64,000 bases of DNA, taken from the NCBI GenBank assembly GCA_964414145.1, contig CAYPVH010000001.1, positions 156,851-220,850 of the forward strand. The letters are read 5' to 3'. The stretch is from an uncultured Gammaproteobacteria bacterium (GTDB taxonomy: Bacteria; Patescibacteriota; Microgenomatia; UBA1406). The position numbers and the translations under genes were made by a program. Positions 42,995 to 52,368 of the stretch are shown here, one piece after another. The notes beneath the pieces were generated by a model that ran no database searches, was not told the origin of the DNA, and saw only the letters and a program-made list of their open reading frames with translations. Numbering within the stretch: position 1 is the stretch's first letter; each line of letters opens with the position of its first letter.

Positions 42995-45190
42995 CTAATT
43001 ATACCCCCTGTAATAATTCCATAGTTTTTGGTAAACATACGAAAACCAATAATTTACAGAAAGCGGTAGATCAATCGAATGCATAAAGTCTAGTTTTTCC
43101 CCGCCAAAACCTTTTTTAAATAGAGTTAGTCCTTGCCATGGGTGGTTGGGCTTGTTTTCCGGGGCAATTCCCCAAAGATTGTAATACTTTATTCCTCGTT
43201 TTTTGGCTTCTTTAATAATTTCCCATTGCAACAGGTAATTAACTGGTACCCTAGACTTAATACTGCCCGAATGGTGGTAAACGGCCTGATTGCCAAAAAA
43301 AACCACTAAACTACCGGCTAAATATTCGTTGTTGTGCTTTCCCAGAAACAACAAAATACTGTTGTTTTTAACAAATTCATTAAACTCTTCATTTATTCCC
43401 GAATGGGGGGTAAACTTATCTCGCTTAGCCGTTTCTTGGTAAAGTTTAAAAAATATGTCTAGTTTTATTGGGTCTGTTGTTTTTTCAATTATCACGCCAT
43501 CCCTCTCAGCTCGACTTATTAGGTTACGAGTGTTTTTTCGAAAATTTGCTTTAATTTCCGCCTCGCTTTTTTCCAAATCAAGCACAAGGCAATTCTCGGC
43601 GTCTTGGTTGTGTAGGGGCGAATTAATAAAGCCTAGTTTTTTAAACCATTTCTGGTGAATATTGTTGCTCAGCAAATGGGGGCTTTGTCTAATCCAAGTT
43701 GCCCCTTCAGCTTGGGCTATAGCTTTAATCTTTTTTAATAAAATTTTGTATGTACTACGAGAAAACTGGGTAAAAACAGGCCCGTGGCGCAAATGCAGAA
43801 AAGTTCCCCTCTTTGCTCGGGTTACAAATACTTGTGTTGCCATAACCAGTTCATTATTATTGAATACACCCAACCGGTAAAGCTTGTTGCCCATGTGTTC
43901 CCAAACCTTCCCAAATTGCCAAGACTGAAAAAATGGGCTATATTTTGCCGTTTTAATGAATTTATTCCATTCCACTTCATCTGTAATTTCCAAAACCACC
44001 AATTCCAGCACCTTATTTTGGTTTAGATGAGGTGAGAGGGTAGTAATATTTGGGCTACCAAGCGTAGGTAGGTTGATTATTCTTTTGGCAACCACTTCTG
44101 CGTTTGGGGCGCTACCGGTTTTATAACCCAACTTTTCTGGGTTAACGCCGTATGGGTCAATAATATTGCTATACCAGGTATCCAGATATACTTGTTTTTG
44201 TCGCGCCGCATTTAATATTTGGTCCCTATTTTCCTGTTGTAGCGGGTATTTAAGCAACGGGCCCTTAAATTTATTACCACTGATTTGGTTATATTTTGCC
44301 ACCATTTCAGTTCGGGTTTTGCCCAGCTTATCCAGTTTTTCTAGCTGATTATATAGCAGCGAACTAAAAAAAGCGTCAAATTTTTGTGGTGGACTGGTTA
44401 ATTTACCCAATTTTTCTTGTTGACTAACAGCTTTGCCCAGTAGTCCAATTTTTTGAAACAAAAAAATTAATACGCGGGTAATTTTAACAGAATAAAGGTG
44501 CTTGGCAATAAACATAAAATGCAGGTAAAAAAGGTTTAAAAGGGTAGTTTTAAGAGCAGGGCGGTTAAGGTTGGCGTAATCTATTCTCAGTTTTTTTTGC
44601 AAATTCTTGTTATTAATAATTAAAGCACCACCCGAAACGGCACTAATTACTTTGTCACGGCCAAAACTAAGAACTGCTGCGTCACCCGTAGTACCCAAAT
44701 ATTTACCTGCTTCTTTTATAGAAAATGAATGGGCAAGGTCTTCAATTAAAAGTAGTTTGTTTTTTTGGCTAAACTCAATTATTTTCTTCAATTGTGTGGG
44801 TTTTAGCCCAAAAGTATACTGAAGCAGAATTGCTTTAGCCTTTTTGTTTTCTTTTTTTAACAAGTTTTGGTAACTCATATTCAATGTATTTTTATCTATA
44901 TCTATAAAAATTGGCCTAATTTGGTTAGTTAAAAAAGGGGCAACTACTGCCGAGCAGGTAAAGGCCTGAAGGTAAACGGCAGTATTTTTGTTTAAAGCCT
45001 TTGCCGCTAAAAAGTTTAGCACCGAGCGGCCGCTGTCGAAAAGCAGAATGGTTGAATTAGGAAAGAAGATGGCTAATCTTTTTTTTACTTTTAATTCATA
45101 ATTTGCTTTTCTATTGAACACATTTTTCCAGAAGTAAAAAATATCATTACTTTCGATCGTTGGCAAAATATTATTAGTGCTTTTTAGCAT
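42995..45190 (-). CDS. two-domain fusion: DegT/DnrJ/EryC1-like PLP-enzyme domain (N) plus FemAB-family peptidyltransferase domain (C)
   Basis: 731 aa. The N-terminal half has LIEDLAHSF ... GDAAVLSFGRDKVISAVSGGALI. The C-terminal half has FFQSWQFGKVWEHMG ... FLHLRHGPV ... YNLWGI, typical of FemX/FemAB. Confidence 0.7.
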   Translation of the reverse strand: MLKSTNNILPTIESNDIFYFWKNVFNRKANYELKVKKRLAIFFPNSTILLFDSGRSVLNFLAAKALNKNTAVYLQAFTCSAVVAPFLTNQIRPIFIDIDKNTLNMSYQNLLKKENKKAKAILLQYTFGLKPTQLKKIIEFSQKNKLLLIEDLAHSFSIKEAGKYLGTTGDAAVLSFGRDKVISAVSGGALIINNKNLQKKLRIDYANLNRPALKTTLLNLFYLHFMFIAKHLYSVKITRVLIFLFQKIGLLGKAVSQQEKLGKLTSPPQKFDAFFSSLLYNQLEKLDKLGKTRTEMVAKYNQISGNKFKGPLLKYPLQQENRDQILNAARQKQVYLDTWYSNIIDPYGVNPEKLGYKTGSAPNAEVVAKRIINLPTLGSPNITTLSPHLNQNKVLELVVLEITDEVEWNKFIKTAKYSPFFQSWQFGKVWEHMGNKLYRLGVFNNNELVMATQVFVTRAKRGTFLHLRHGPVFTQFSRSTYKILLKKIKAIAQAEGATWIRQSPHLLSNNIHQKWFKKLGFINSPLHNQDAENCLVLDLEKSEAEIKANFRKNTRNLISRAERDGVIIEKTTDPIKLDIFFKLYQETAKRDKFTPHSGINEEFNEFVKNNSILLFLGKHNNEYLAGSLVVFFGNQAVYHHSGSIKSRVPVNYLLQWEIIKEAKKRGIKYYNLWGIAPENKPNHPWQGLTLFKKGFGGEKLDFMHSIDLPLSVNYWFSYVYQKLWNYYRGYN

Positions 45191-45237
45191 AGTGTTTGAG
45201 CCTTTATTATATCTGATTTTGCTATTATTAACTTAAG

Positions 45238-46113
45238 ATGAGACTTAAAAACTATTTATCGATTCCGTTGGAACGGCTTAAATTGTTACCAAAAACTAAA
45301 AAACAAGACTATTTAATTCATCGGGCCGTGAACACCGAAGACAAAAACTTTAAGTATTGCTTGGTACCTTTACCTATAAACACATTTGGTCAACAAATTT
45401 TGGGCCCGGTAAAGTTAATTCCAAAGCCGTCTATTGTTCTTGAAACCAAGAATTATAACGTGGCTATTTTTAAAAAAACAGAACTGAGAGAGCGTTTTAT
45501 AGTAATGGAAGCCCTAATAGAAAGGTATCCGGTGGTGGTAAAAATACCAAAAACTATTTTACGAAACAGTTATCATACAACCTATTTTTCCGAGGGGAAT
45601 CGGTATATAGATCCAACCGATTTACAAATAGAGCAAATTGCCCAAGCTATTTTTAGTGACACCGAACAAGTAATAACGCTTACCAAAGAGGCATTCAAAT
45701 ATGTTGTTAGTGAGCTTGATTACGGCAACCCAACAACAGGGCTATATACATATGAGGATGCATTAAATAAGAAAGAAGTAGATTGTGGCGGTTTTTCTAC
45801 TCTTTTAATAACACTTTTGGGCGCAGCTAAAATACCGGCGCGGTTAGCGGTTGGTTTTCTAAAAACAGCAAGCCGGTACAATAATCTTTCTATGCACGTT
45901 TGGGTAGAAATTTTGTTACCCGACGGATCAATTTATCCTATAGATGCAGCTAATTATTGGCGAAGGAGTAGGGGAAAAACAAGCCGTTGGGGTGGTTTGG
46001 GGTATATTAGCTCCGATCACTTGGTTTTTTCATATGGCGAAGCACAAAGCCTGAATATTGAAGGCGTTGAATATCAATTCCCTCTGTTACAAGAACCAAT
46101 CTTTATTCAGTAA
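45238..46113 (+). CDS. transglutaminase-like cysteine protease-fold protein
   Basis: 291 aa with a Cys-His-Asp arrangement (EVDCGGFSTLL ... HVWVEILLPDG ... IDA). Confidence 0.75.
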   Translation: MRLKNYLSIPLERLKLLPKTKKQDYLIHRAVNTEDKNFKYCLVPLPINTFGQQILGPVKLIPKPSIVLETKNYNVAIFKKTELRERFIVMEALIERYPVVVKIPKTILRNSYHTTYFSEGNRYIDPTDLQIEQIAQAIFSDTEQVITLTKEAFKYVVSELDYGNPTTGLYTYEDALNKKEVDCGGFSTLLITLLGAAKIPARLAVGFLKTASRYNNLSMHVWVEILLPDGSIYPIDAANYWRRSRGKTSRWGGLGYISSDHLVFSYGEAQSLNIEGVEYQFPLLQEPIFIQ

Positions 46114-46750
46114 ACTTAGCTAATTCTTGGTAACTTGCTTTAGGGTCAGTTGCGGTCATTATATAGCTACCGACTCCCAAAACATCGGGAACAAACTCTT
46201 GTTTTAAAATAATGGGCAGGGTTTTGCTGTTTACCCCCCCGTCCAGTAAAATTTCCCGTTCAAAACCGGCTTTCCTGGCCTCATTAATTTTTACCAAATT
46301 TTCTTTTAAAAACGTATTTCCTTGGGCACCTGGCTCAATTGTCATTATTTGAATTGCCGGCAGTGAGCTTAATAGGTTTTGATCAATTAGGTCGTCGGGG
46401 CTAAAAACTACTCCAATATGTAAACTACTGGCCAAGGGACGATAAATTTTGTAGTGGGGCAGTACCAGGTTAATGTTAATAAACTGTTCAATCGCTTCCA
46501 GTTCTTCTACAATTTTTTCAAAATGATCAACCATTAAATGAAAATCAAAAATTGTGTTTTCAAGCTTTTCCGCCTGAGTCTTCAATGTTTCATAAATGTA
46601 TTTATTACTAACAGTTTTATTTGATACAAAAAAACCATCAGCAATGTCTATTTGAATTCTGTTTGAAAGCTTTAAGGCAATATTTAATTGCCTGTCAAAA
46701 TCTTCCTTTGTTTTAGCTAAAACTGTTGGTGCAATCTGTATTTTTGGCAT
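46103..46750 (-). CDS. rpe: ribulose-phosphate 3-epimerase family protein
   Basis: 215 aa with IAPTVLAKTKEDF, DIADGFFV, HLMV, and MTIEPGAQGNTF. Confidence 0.75.
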   Translation of the reverse strand: MPKIQIAPTVLAKTKEDFDRQLNIALKLSNRIQIDIADGFFVSNKTVSNKYIYETLKTQAEKLENTIFDFHLMVDHFEKIVEELEAIEQFININLVLPHYKIYRPLASSLHIGVVFSPDDLIDQNLLSSLPAIQIMTIEPGAQGNTFLKENLVKINEARKAGFEREILLDGGVNSKTLPIILKQEFVPDVLGVGSYIMTATDPKASYQELAKFTE

Positions 46751-47183
46751 AGTTGTTTATTTTTGTCAAGCGTTTGGCATACTTTGGGTTGCTGTCAACT
46801 TGGGTGTTTAAAAAAATATCAATTATTTCATATGCTGCCTCTGGTTTTATGTAATCTGCAGCAAGGGCTAATACATTAATGTTGTCGTGTGCTCTTGCCA
46901 TTTTGGTTTGGTCTTTATTAAAGCACAAGCCGCAGCGAATTAAACTAAAGCGGTTGGCAGAAATTGTTACGCCAATGCCCGAACCACATAGAACTATCCC
47001 TCTGCTTTCCGGCTCGTTTTTCATTTTGCAGTACAATTTATGTACAAAATCGGGATAATCGTCTGTTTGTTCTTTAGAATTGTTACTTACGTCTACAATT
47101 TCATATTTTTCGTGATTCAAGTATTTTTTGATTTGTTCTTTTAATTCAAAACCCCGGTGGTCGGCAGCCAAATAAATTTTCAT
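46713..47183 (-). CDS. rpiB: ribose-5-phosphate isomerase B
   Basis: MKIYLAADHRGFELK, VLCGSGIGVTISANR, and ARAHDNINVLAL. The ATG at 47183 lies 6 nt after TATAAT (plus 47190-47195). The ORF-track start at 47219 is rejected. Confidence 0.9.
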   Translation of the reverse strand: MKIYLAADHRGFELKEQIKKYLNHEKYEIVDVSNNSKEQTDDYPDFVHKLYCKMKNEPESRGIVLCGSGIGVTISANRFSLIRCGLCFNKDQTKMARAHDNINVLALAADYIKPEAAYEIIDIFLNTQVDSNPKYAKRLTKINNYAKNTDCTNSFS

Positions 47184-47238
47184 ACAAGCATTATAGCTTA
47201 TTGCATAAATTACCAACAAGAATAGGAATTAGCTTAAT

Positions 47239-47270
47239 TACCAATCCGCCGGCTGGCGGACCAATTGGTA
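47239..47270. repeat. GC-cored hairpin in a divergent intergenic region
   Basis: TACCAATCCGCC-GGCT-GGCGGaccATTGGTA. About 12 bp pair, with a small bulge. Confidence 0.6.
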
Positions 47271-47447
47271 TATAAATCCGAAATTCGAATATCGAAATCC
47301 GAAATAATATCAAATTCACAAATGACAAATAACAAATCAAACTCAAAATTCAAATTATAAAACACGAATATACGAAGCTAGAATCTAAGAATGAATTAGT
47401 TATACATAATGCATAATCCGTAATACGTAATAGATTAATAGAAAACG
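47271..47447. repeat. AT-rich cryptically repetitive spacer
   Basis: Reiterated words: CGAAAT/CCGAAAT x4, CAAAT/ACAAATAACAAA, and a 7-nt periodic NNNTAAT x4 at about 47404-47431. No ORF. Confidence 0.4.
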
Positions 47448-47448
47448 T

Positions 47449-47515
47449 GTCATGTTGCTTACCCGCCGAAACTTAAGCGTAGGTGGGAGCGAACGCAAGT
47501 GAGACGAAACATCTC
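47449..47515. repeat. GTCAT...ATCTC-bounded hairpin module
   Basis: GTCATGTT ... AACATCTC outer stem encloses CCCGCC/GGTGGG and GAGCGAACGC segments. Confidence 0.55.
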
Positions 47516-47607
47516 TTAGAACTCTAGACGGCGGATGACCAAAAGATTTCAGAAATTAAGAGTAAGTAATTTGGATCTGTTGATTGTTTTAGACTATAAT
47601 ACCTTTT

Positions 47608-48144
47608 ATGCTTTCTCAAATTAAAAATGAGTTAAACAAAGTTAAAAACAAAGTTGAATCTAAAATTTATAAGCAGTTTATAGATCGTCTGAACCTTCCC
47701 GGTCCATATACTAAAAGCGAGTATGAACCCAATCATTTATGTGCTTTTTTTGTTCCTTATCACCAAAACTCTAATTCAATACTCTTGGCAGAACACAAAA
47801 AAGCAAAAGACTGGATTCCTCCGGGCGGCCATATAGAACCAGGTGAGCATCCAATAGATACTGTTAAGCGAGAATTTAAAGAAGAGTTGGGGACAAATCT
47901 AACAAATGAAACAATAAATATCTTTAATCTGTCAATCAAACCAATCCCACATCGACTGGGTTATTGTAAAACTCACTTTGATATGTGGTACTTGGTCAAC
48001 ATGAATAGCAAAATAAATTTTATTTGGGATAGGCGCGAGTTTAGTAATGCAGGTTGGTACAGTTTAGAAAAAGGAGCCCAAAAAATAAAATTTAATGATG
48101 ACTATAAAAAAATAGTTTTAGATATTAATAATTTTCTGGTTTAA
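47608..48144 (+). CDS. NUDIX hydrolase
   Basis: 178 aa with the Nudix box GGHIEPGEHPIDTVKREFKEELG. Confidence 0.8.
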   Translation: MLSQIKNELNKVKNKVESKIYKQFIDRLNLPGPYTKSEYEPNHLCAFFVPYHQNSNSILLAEHKKAKDWIPPGGHIEPGEHPIDTVKREFKEELGTNLTNETINIFNLSIKPIPHRLGYCKTHFDMWYLVNMNSKINFIWDRREFSNAGWYSLEKGAQKIKFNDDYKKIVLDINNFLV

Positions 48145-48149
48145 CGAAT

Positions 48150-49070
48150 ATGGAAAAAACCTTACTTGTTCAGTTTGAAACTACAGATAATTTACTATTA
48201 CCCGGATTATTATTTCAACCAAAACAAAAAACAAAAAAAGTGGCACTTGTTTTGCATGGCAATGGCAGCTCTAGCGTTTTTTATTCCTACAATAAAAATA
48301 AGACTTTTGCCAAAGAATTACTTAGCAGAGGTATAAGTTATTTTCCTTTCAATAATCGTGGGGCCCATTATATAAAAAGTTTGGAAAGGGAAGTTAATAA
48401 TGAAGTTGAAAAAGAAAAGTTGGGAACAACTTATGAGCTTATTAAAGATTGTATACACGACATAGATGGCGCCATTAATTACTTAAAAGATCTGGGCTAC
48501 AGTGAATTTTATTTGTTGGGTTATTCAACAGGTGCCAATAAAATTTGCGTTTACAACTATTACAAAAAAACAAACCCTATTAAAAAGTATGTGCTGCTTG
48601 GCGGTGGTGATGACACCGGTCTTTGGTTTCAGCAAATTGGCAATAAGGCTAAATTTTTTACTTATCTAAAACGAGCTGAGTTAATGATCAAGGTTGGAAA
48701 AGGTGAAAAATTAATTCCTAAATATATGTTACCCTACCTGTTTTCGTACCAGTCTTTTTATGATATTTGTAACCCCAATGGTGACTATAATATTTTTCCT
48801 TTTAATGAATATATGAATAATCTGCAATTATCAACCAAACCGCTTTTTAGGGAATATAAAACAATCAATAAACCCACACTGGTAGTATATGGGCAAAATG
48901 ATGAATATTGTTATGGCAAAGTTCCTCGCGTAGTGGATATTTTAAAAAAAGAAGCTCCTAAAAATATTCCATTTAATTTTCATATTCTAAAAAACGCCGA
49001 CCATGGCTTTAATGGGACCGAAGCAGAGCTGGCAAAATTAGTAGCCAATTGGCTAACTAAAGTACTTTAG
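48150..49070 (+). CDS. alpha/beta hydrolase
   Basis: 306 aa with the nucleophile elbow GYSTG, VLHGNGSS, and a late ADHGF. Confidence 0.7.
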   Translation: MEKTLLVQFETTDNLLLPGLLFQPKQKTKKVALVLHGNGSSSVFYSYNKNKTFAKELLSRGISYFPFNNRGAHYIKSLEREVNNEVEKEKLGTTYELIKDCIHDIDGAINYLKDLGYSEFYLLGYSTGANKICVYNYYKKTNPIKKYVLLGGGDDTGLWFQQIGNKAKFFTYLKRAELMIKVGKGEKLIPKYMLPYLFSYQSFYDICNPNGDYNIFPFNEYMNNLQLSTKPLFREYKTINKPTLVVYGQNDEYCYGKVPRVVDILKKEAPKNIPFNFHILKNADHGFNGTEAELAKLVANWLTKVL

Positions 49071-49099
49071 TACTATAGTAAAATAAGTACTTTGAGTTT

Positions 49100-49981
49100 C
49101 TATTTGCCTTTCATAATCACTAAAACTGAAGAAATAAGAATTAGTCCACCACCAATTAAAGTAAACACTGTTGGTACTTCACTAAAGAAAATAAGCGCCA
49201 AAACAACACCAAAAACCAGCTCGGTTAACAAAATCAAACTTCCGGCCGTTGCTTTAAAAAGCTCAAATCCTTTTGTCATGAAAAACCAAGCCAAAAAGTT
49301 GGTAATGCCAAACAGAATTGTTGTTACCCAGGTATTGACAGATAAGGTATGAATGGTAGTTTTGTAAAAACTATTTTCAAAGATTAGTGCCATTGCACCA
49401 AGAATAACAACGCCAACAAAGGTATTTCCAAGCATCATTATACCGGCGGAATAATTTCCCAATTTCCTGCGGATTATAACGTACAACGACTGGCCAAGAG
49501 CGGCTAGTAGTGCAAATATGCCCCCAATCTTCCAAGTTGGTAAGGCGTTTGGTTGAAACAAGAGCAGCAAGGCCGCAAAACTTAAAATAAGAGCTACAAT
49601 ATTAAATTTATTTAACTTTTCCTTAATTAAGAAAAACCCAAGAATTGGTGTAATAATAGCGTATGTGTAGAACAGGAAAAGCGCATTACTTACTAAAGTA
49701 TTCAAAATCCCGTAAGTAAAAAATAAATTGGTTAAAGCGTAACAAAAAACGGTGGCCACAGCAAAAAGCCCCCAATCTTTTTTATCTACTTTGAATTTTG
49801 TTTTTTGGAACCCGGTAAAATAAACAACAGCAGCAATAAAAGCAAAAATGTAGCGTAAAAATACCTGAGACATCGGAGGCATGCCACTACCGCCAAGCAA
49901 ACGTATCATAACAGGCATAGAGCTATATAAAAGCGCTGAAAGCAGTAAAAATATAATACCCTTAATATTTTTAGTTTTCAT
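49100..49981 (-). CDS. DMT-superfamily (EamA) transporter
   Basis: About 293 aa with 10 TM segments and two EamA halves. The ATG is at 49981; the ORF-track TTG is at 49984. Confidence 0.85.
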   Translation of the reverse strand: MKTKNIKGIIFLLLSALLYSSMPVMIRLLGGSGMPPMSQVFLRYIFAFIAAVVYFTGFQKTKFKVDKKDWGLFAVATVFCYALTNLFFTYGILNTLVSNALFLFYTYAIITPILGFFLIKEKLNKFNIVALILSFAALLLLFQPNALPTWKIGGIFALLAALGQSLYVIIRRKLGNYSAGIMMLGNTFVGVVILGAMALIFENSFYKTTIHTLSVNTWVTTILFGITNFLAWFFMTKGFELFKATAGSLILLTELVFGVVLALIFFSEVPTVFTLIGGGLILISSVLVIMKGK

Positions 49982-50007
49982 CAATACATAAATTATACAA
50001 GCAGAGT

Positions 50008-50078
50008 ATTGTGGTGTAAAGATGTTATAGTGTTAAGGTGTTATAGTATTATTGTTTTGTAGTGTTAAGGCATAACGG
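50008..50078. repeat. low-complexity GTGTTA(T/A)AG-type repeat block, inverted relative to the block at 50521-50632
   Basis: AGTGTTAAGG at 50029-50038 and 50061-70. ATAGTATTAT at 50043-50052 is the exact complement of ATAATACTAT at 50547-50556. Confidence 0.55.
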
Positions 50079-50111
50079 CATCAGACTAATGTTCATATAG
50101 CAGAGTAGTAT

Positions 50112-50483
50112 TTATTTTTTTAAGTTTTGTTTGATGTGGTTTATTAATTTGTATATTCCTTTCGAAATATAGTCGACTTTTTCAATAATCATATTCTGTT
50201 CTGAAGTTTGAATATATCCTAAGTTTTTTGAGATTATGATTTGGGTTTTAAGTTCACCGCAAGAGCCTTTAGAAATACTTAAAAAAAATCTGAATTCTTT
50301 ATTATTTCCTCTTTCAAAGCCTTCAGCTATATTTGATGGAATTGAGACTGCAGATTTTCTAATTTGATCTCTAAGCCCAAAGTCTCTATTGTATTTTTCA
50401 TTTTTTGTTAGATTGTAAATTACTGTTACCAAGTCAATTGCTGCTAACCATATCTTAAGTTCTTCAATTTTAGTAATTTTCAT
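50112..50483 (-). CDS. four-helix-bundle protein (23S rRNA intervening-sequence protein / Avd-like family)
   Basis: 123 aa. IRKSAVSIPSNIAEGFERGNNKEFRFFLSISKGSCGELKTQ is the family signature. Confidence 0.9.
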   Translation of the reverse strand: MKITKIEELKIWLAAIDLVTVIYNLTKNEKYNRDFGLRDQIRKSAVSIPSNIAEGFERGNNKEFRFFLSISKGSCGELKTQIIISKNLGYIQTSEQNMIIEKVDYISKGIYKLINHIKQNLKK

Positions 50484-50520
50484 CTGCGTTACTTAATGCT
50501 AATTTGTCTGCACAACAAAA

Positions 50521-50632
50521 TCATTACACTACCTAACTATTACACCATAATACTATCTAACTATTACACCATTACATCATAACGCTATTACACCATAACA
50601 CCATAACACTATTAAACTATAACACTTTCCTT
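50521..50632. repeat. about 4.5 tandem copies of a 24-bp degenerate repeat (CTATTACACCAT...)
   Basis: Units start at 50537, 50561, 50585 and 50609 (exact 24-bp period). The first 12 nt are identical in units 1-3. The array ends 8 nt before the metG -10 hexamer. Confidence 0.75.
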
Positions 50633-50652
50633 TATAAGCTATAATACTCACA

Positions 50653-52368
50653 ATGAAAGACAAAGATTTAACCACTTTATTCAAAAACGCCTCAAAGGTT
50701 GTAGTGGGGGTGGCATGGCCATATGTTAATGGCGATTTGCACCCGGGGCACATAACCGGTAATTTTTTACCGGCCGACATCTTTGCTCGCTTTGCCCGTT
50801 TAGCAGGGAAAGACGTGGCGATGGTTTCTGGTTCCGACTGTTATGGCACACCAATTACTATTGAAGCCGAAAATTTGGGTATTTCTCCAAGTGCAGTTGT
50901 TGAAAAATACCAACCCAGCCACTTAGAGTTATTTAAGCTTTATAACATTAACTTTGATCTTTACACTAAAACTACAACCACAAACCACAAGCAGGTAACT
51001 CAAGAAATGCTAATTAATTTAGCCAGCAAGGGCTATGTGTTTAAACAAAAAACAAACCAATATTATTCTGTTGAAGAAAACAAATTTTTACCCGATCGTT
51101 ATGTTGAAGGAATTTGCCCTTTTTGTGGCTTTGAAAACGCACGGGGGGACCAGTGTGACAGTTGTGGAAAACTCATTGATTCGGGGCAATTAAAAAGCCC
51201 GTATAGCAAACAAACCAAGGGTAAGGTTATACTTAAAGAAACCGAACACTTGTTTTTAGATTGGCCAAAATTACAACCGTTTTTAGAAAAATACTATACC
51301 CAAAATAGCCCCCTGTGGCGCTCTTGGATTAAGAAAGAAGTGGGGGGGTGGCTAAAAACCGGTCTACAACCACGGCCAATTACCCGAGACATTGAATGGG
51401 GTATAGAAATACCAAATCAACAACTTCCACAGAGCTTACAACTAACCAATGTGGATAACAAGCGCATATATGTTTGGTTCGAAGCCGTTATTGGCTACTT
51501 TTCCGCAACTAAAGAATATAGTGAAAATTGGGAAAATTATTGGTTACCAAAAGATAAAAACAGTGTTGCTATGTATAACTTTATGGGTAAAGACAATGTT
51601 GTTTTTCATGCTCTTTTTTGGCCGGGTCAACTGTATGGTGCCTATGGCGATAATATAAAATTACCCAATGTAATTTTGGCCAACCAATTTTTAAATTTGG
51701 AGGGGCAAAAATTTAGTAAAAGCAGGGGCGTAACTATTGATTCGCTTTACTTAGCCAAAACCTATGGTGCCGATATTTCTAGGTTTTACTTAACCTACAT
51801 TATGCCCGAAAACAACGACTCCGACTTTTCTTGGACTGACTTTGTAGACGTAACCAACAATGTGTTAATTGGCAGTCTTGGTAACTATATAAACAGGGTT
51901 TTAATTTTGGCAAAAAAATATGGTTTTTCCACAGATATTGTATTTGATACTGGCGTTGAACAAGCAATACTTAACGCAGTTGTCAGAATTAATACAGATT
52001 TAACAAGCCTTAAGTTTAAGCAGTACGCTTATAATTTAATTGAACTGGCTACATTTGGCAATAAATACATAGATAGCCAAAAACCTTGGAATCAGGAACT
52101 GAGTAATGAAGACCGAAAAACCATACTTAGTAATTGCCTATTGATTGTTATTGCGTTAGCTTTATTATCTCAACCACTATTACCAGAAGCGGCAAAAAAA
52201 ATTAAAGAAATGACTAATATTGAATTAACCATTTGGTCCGGTAACTTACTTCAGGAAATGTCTAGTCAGTTAAAAAATTTAAAAATCGGTGAAGTTAAAC
52301 CTCTTTTTACCAAAATCGATCCGGAAATAGTTGAACTGGAAAGAGGTAAAATATTAAGTGGAAAATGA
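50653..52368 (+). CDS. metG: methionine--tRNA ligase
   Basis: 571 aa with the HIGH-type motif NGDLHPGH, zinc knuckles CPFCG...CDSCG, and the KMSKS-type KFSKS. Confidence 0.95.
   Translation: MKDKDLTTLFKNASKVVVGVAWPYVNGDLHPGHITGNFLPADIFARFARLAGKDVAMVSGSDCYGTPITIEAENLGISPSAVVEKYQPSHLELFKLYNINFDLYTKTTTTNHKQVTQEMLINLASKGYVFKQKTNQYYSVEENKFLPDRYVEGICPFCGFENARGDQCDSCGKLIDSGQLKSPYSKQTKGKVILKETEHLFLDWPKLQPFLEKYYTQNSPLWRSWIKKEVGGWLKTGLQPRPITRDIEWGIEIPNQQLPQSLQLTNVDNKRIYVWFEAVIGYFSATKEYSENWENYWLPKDKNSVAMYNFMGKDNVVFHALFWPGQLYGAYGDNIKLPNVILANQFLNLEGQKFSKSRGVTIDSLYLAKTYGADISRFYLTYIMPENNDSDFSWTDFVDVTNNVLIGSLGNYINRVLILAKKYGFSTDIVFDTGVEQAILNAVVRINTDLTSLKFKQYAYNLIELATFGNKYIDSQKPWNQELSNEDRKTILSNCLLIVIALALLSQPLLPEAAKKIKEMTNIELTIWSGNLLQEMSSQLKNLKIGEVKPLFTKIDPEIVELERGKILSGK

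Noticed and set aside
46713-46750. 38-nt overlap between the rpiB 3' end and the rpe 5' end, considered as a sign of a frameshift or pseudogene.
   Set aside because: Both proteins are full length, with N- and C-terminal family motifs intact (rpe starts with the conserved IAPTVL strand). Overlaps are common in this compact genome.
50521-50632. Regularly spaced 24-bp repeats considered as a possible CRISPR array.
   Set aside because: The units are contiguous and degenerate with no unique spacers between them. The period is too short, and no cas genes are present in the window.
50577-50780. 67-aa minus-strand ORF across the metG start.
   Set aside because: It is antisense to the well-supported metG N-terminus (HIGH region) and extends into the tandem-repeat array.
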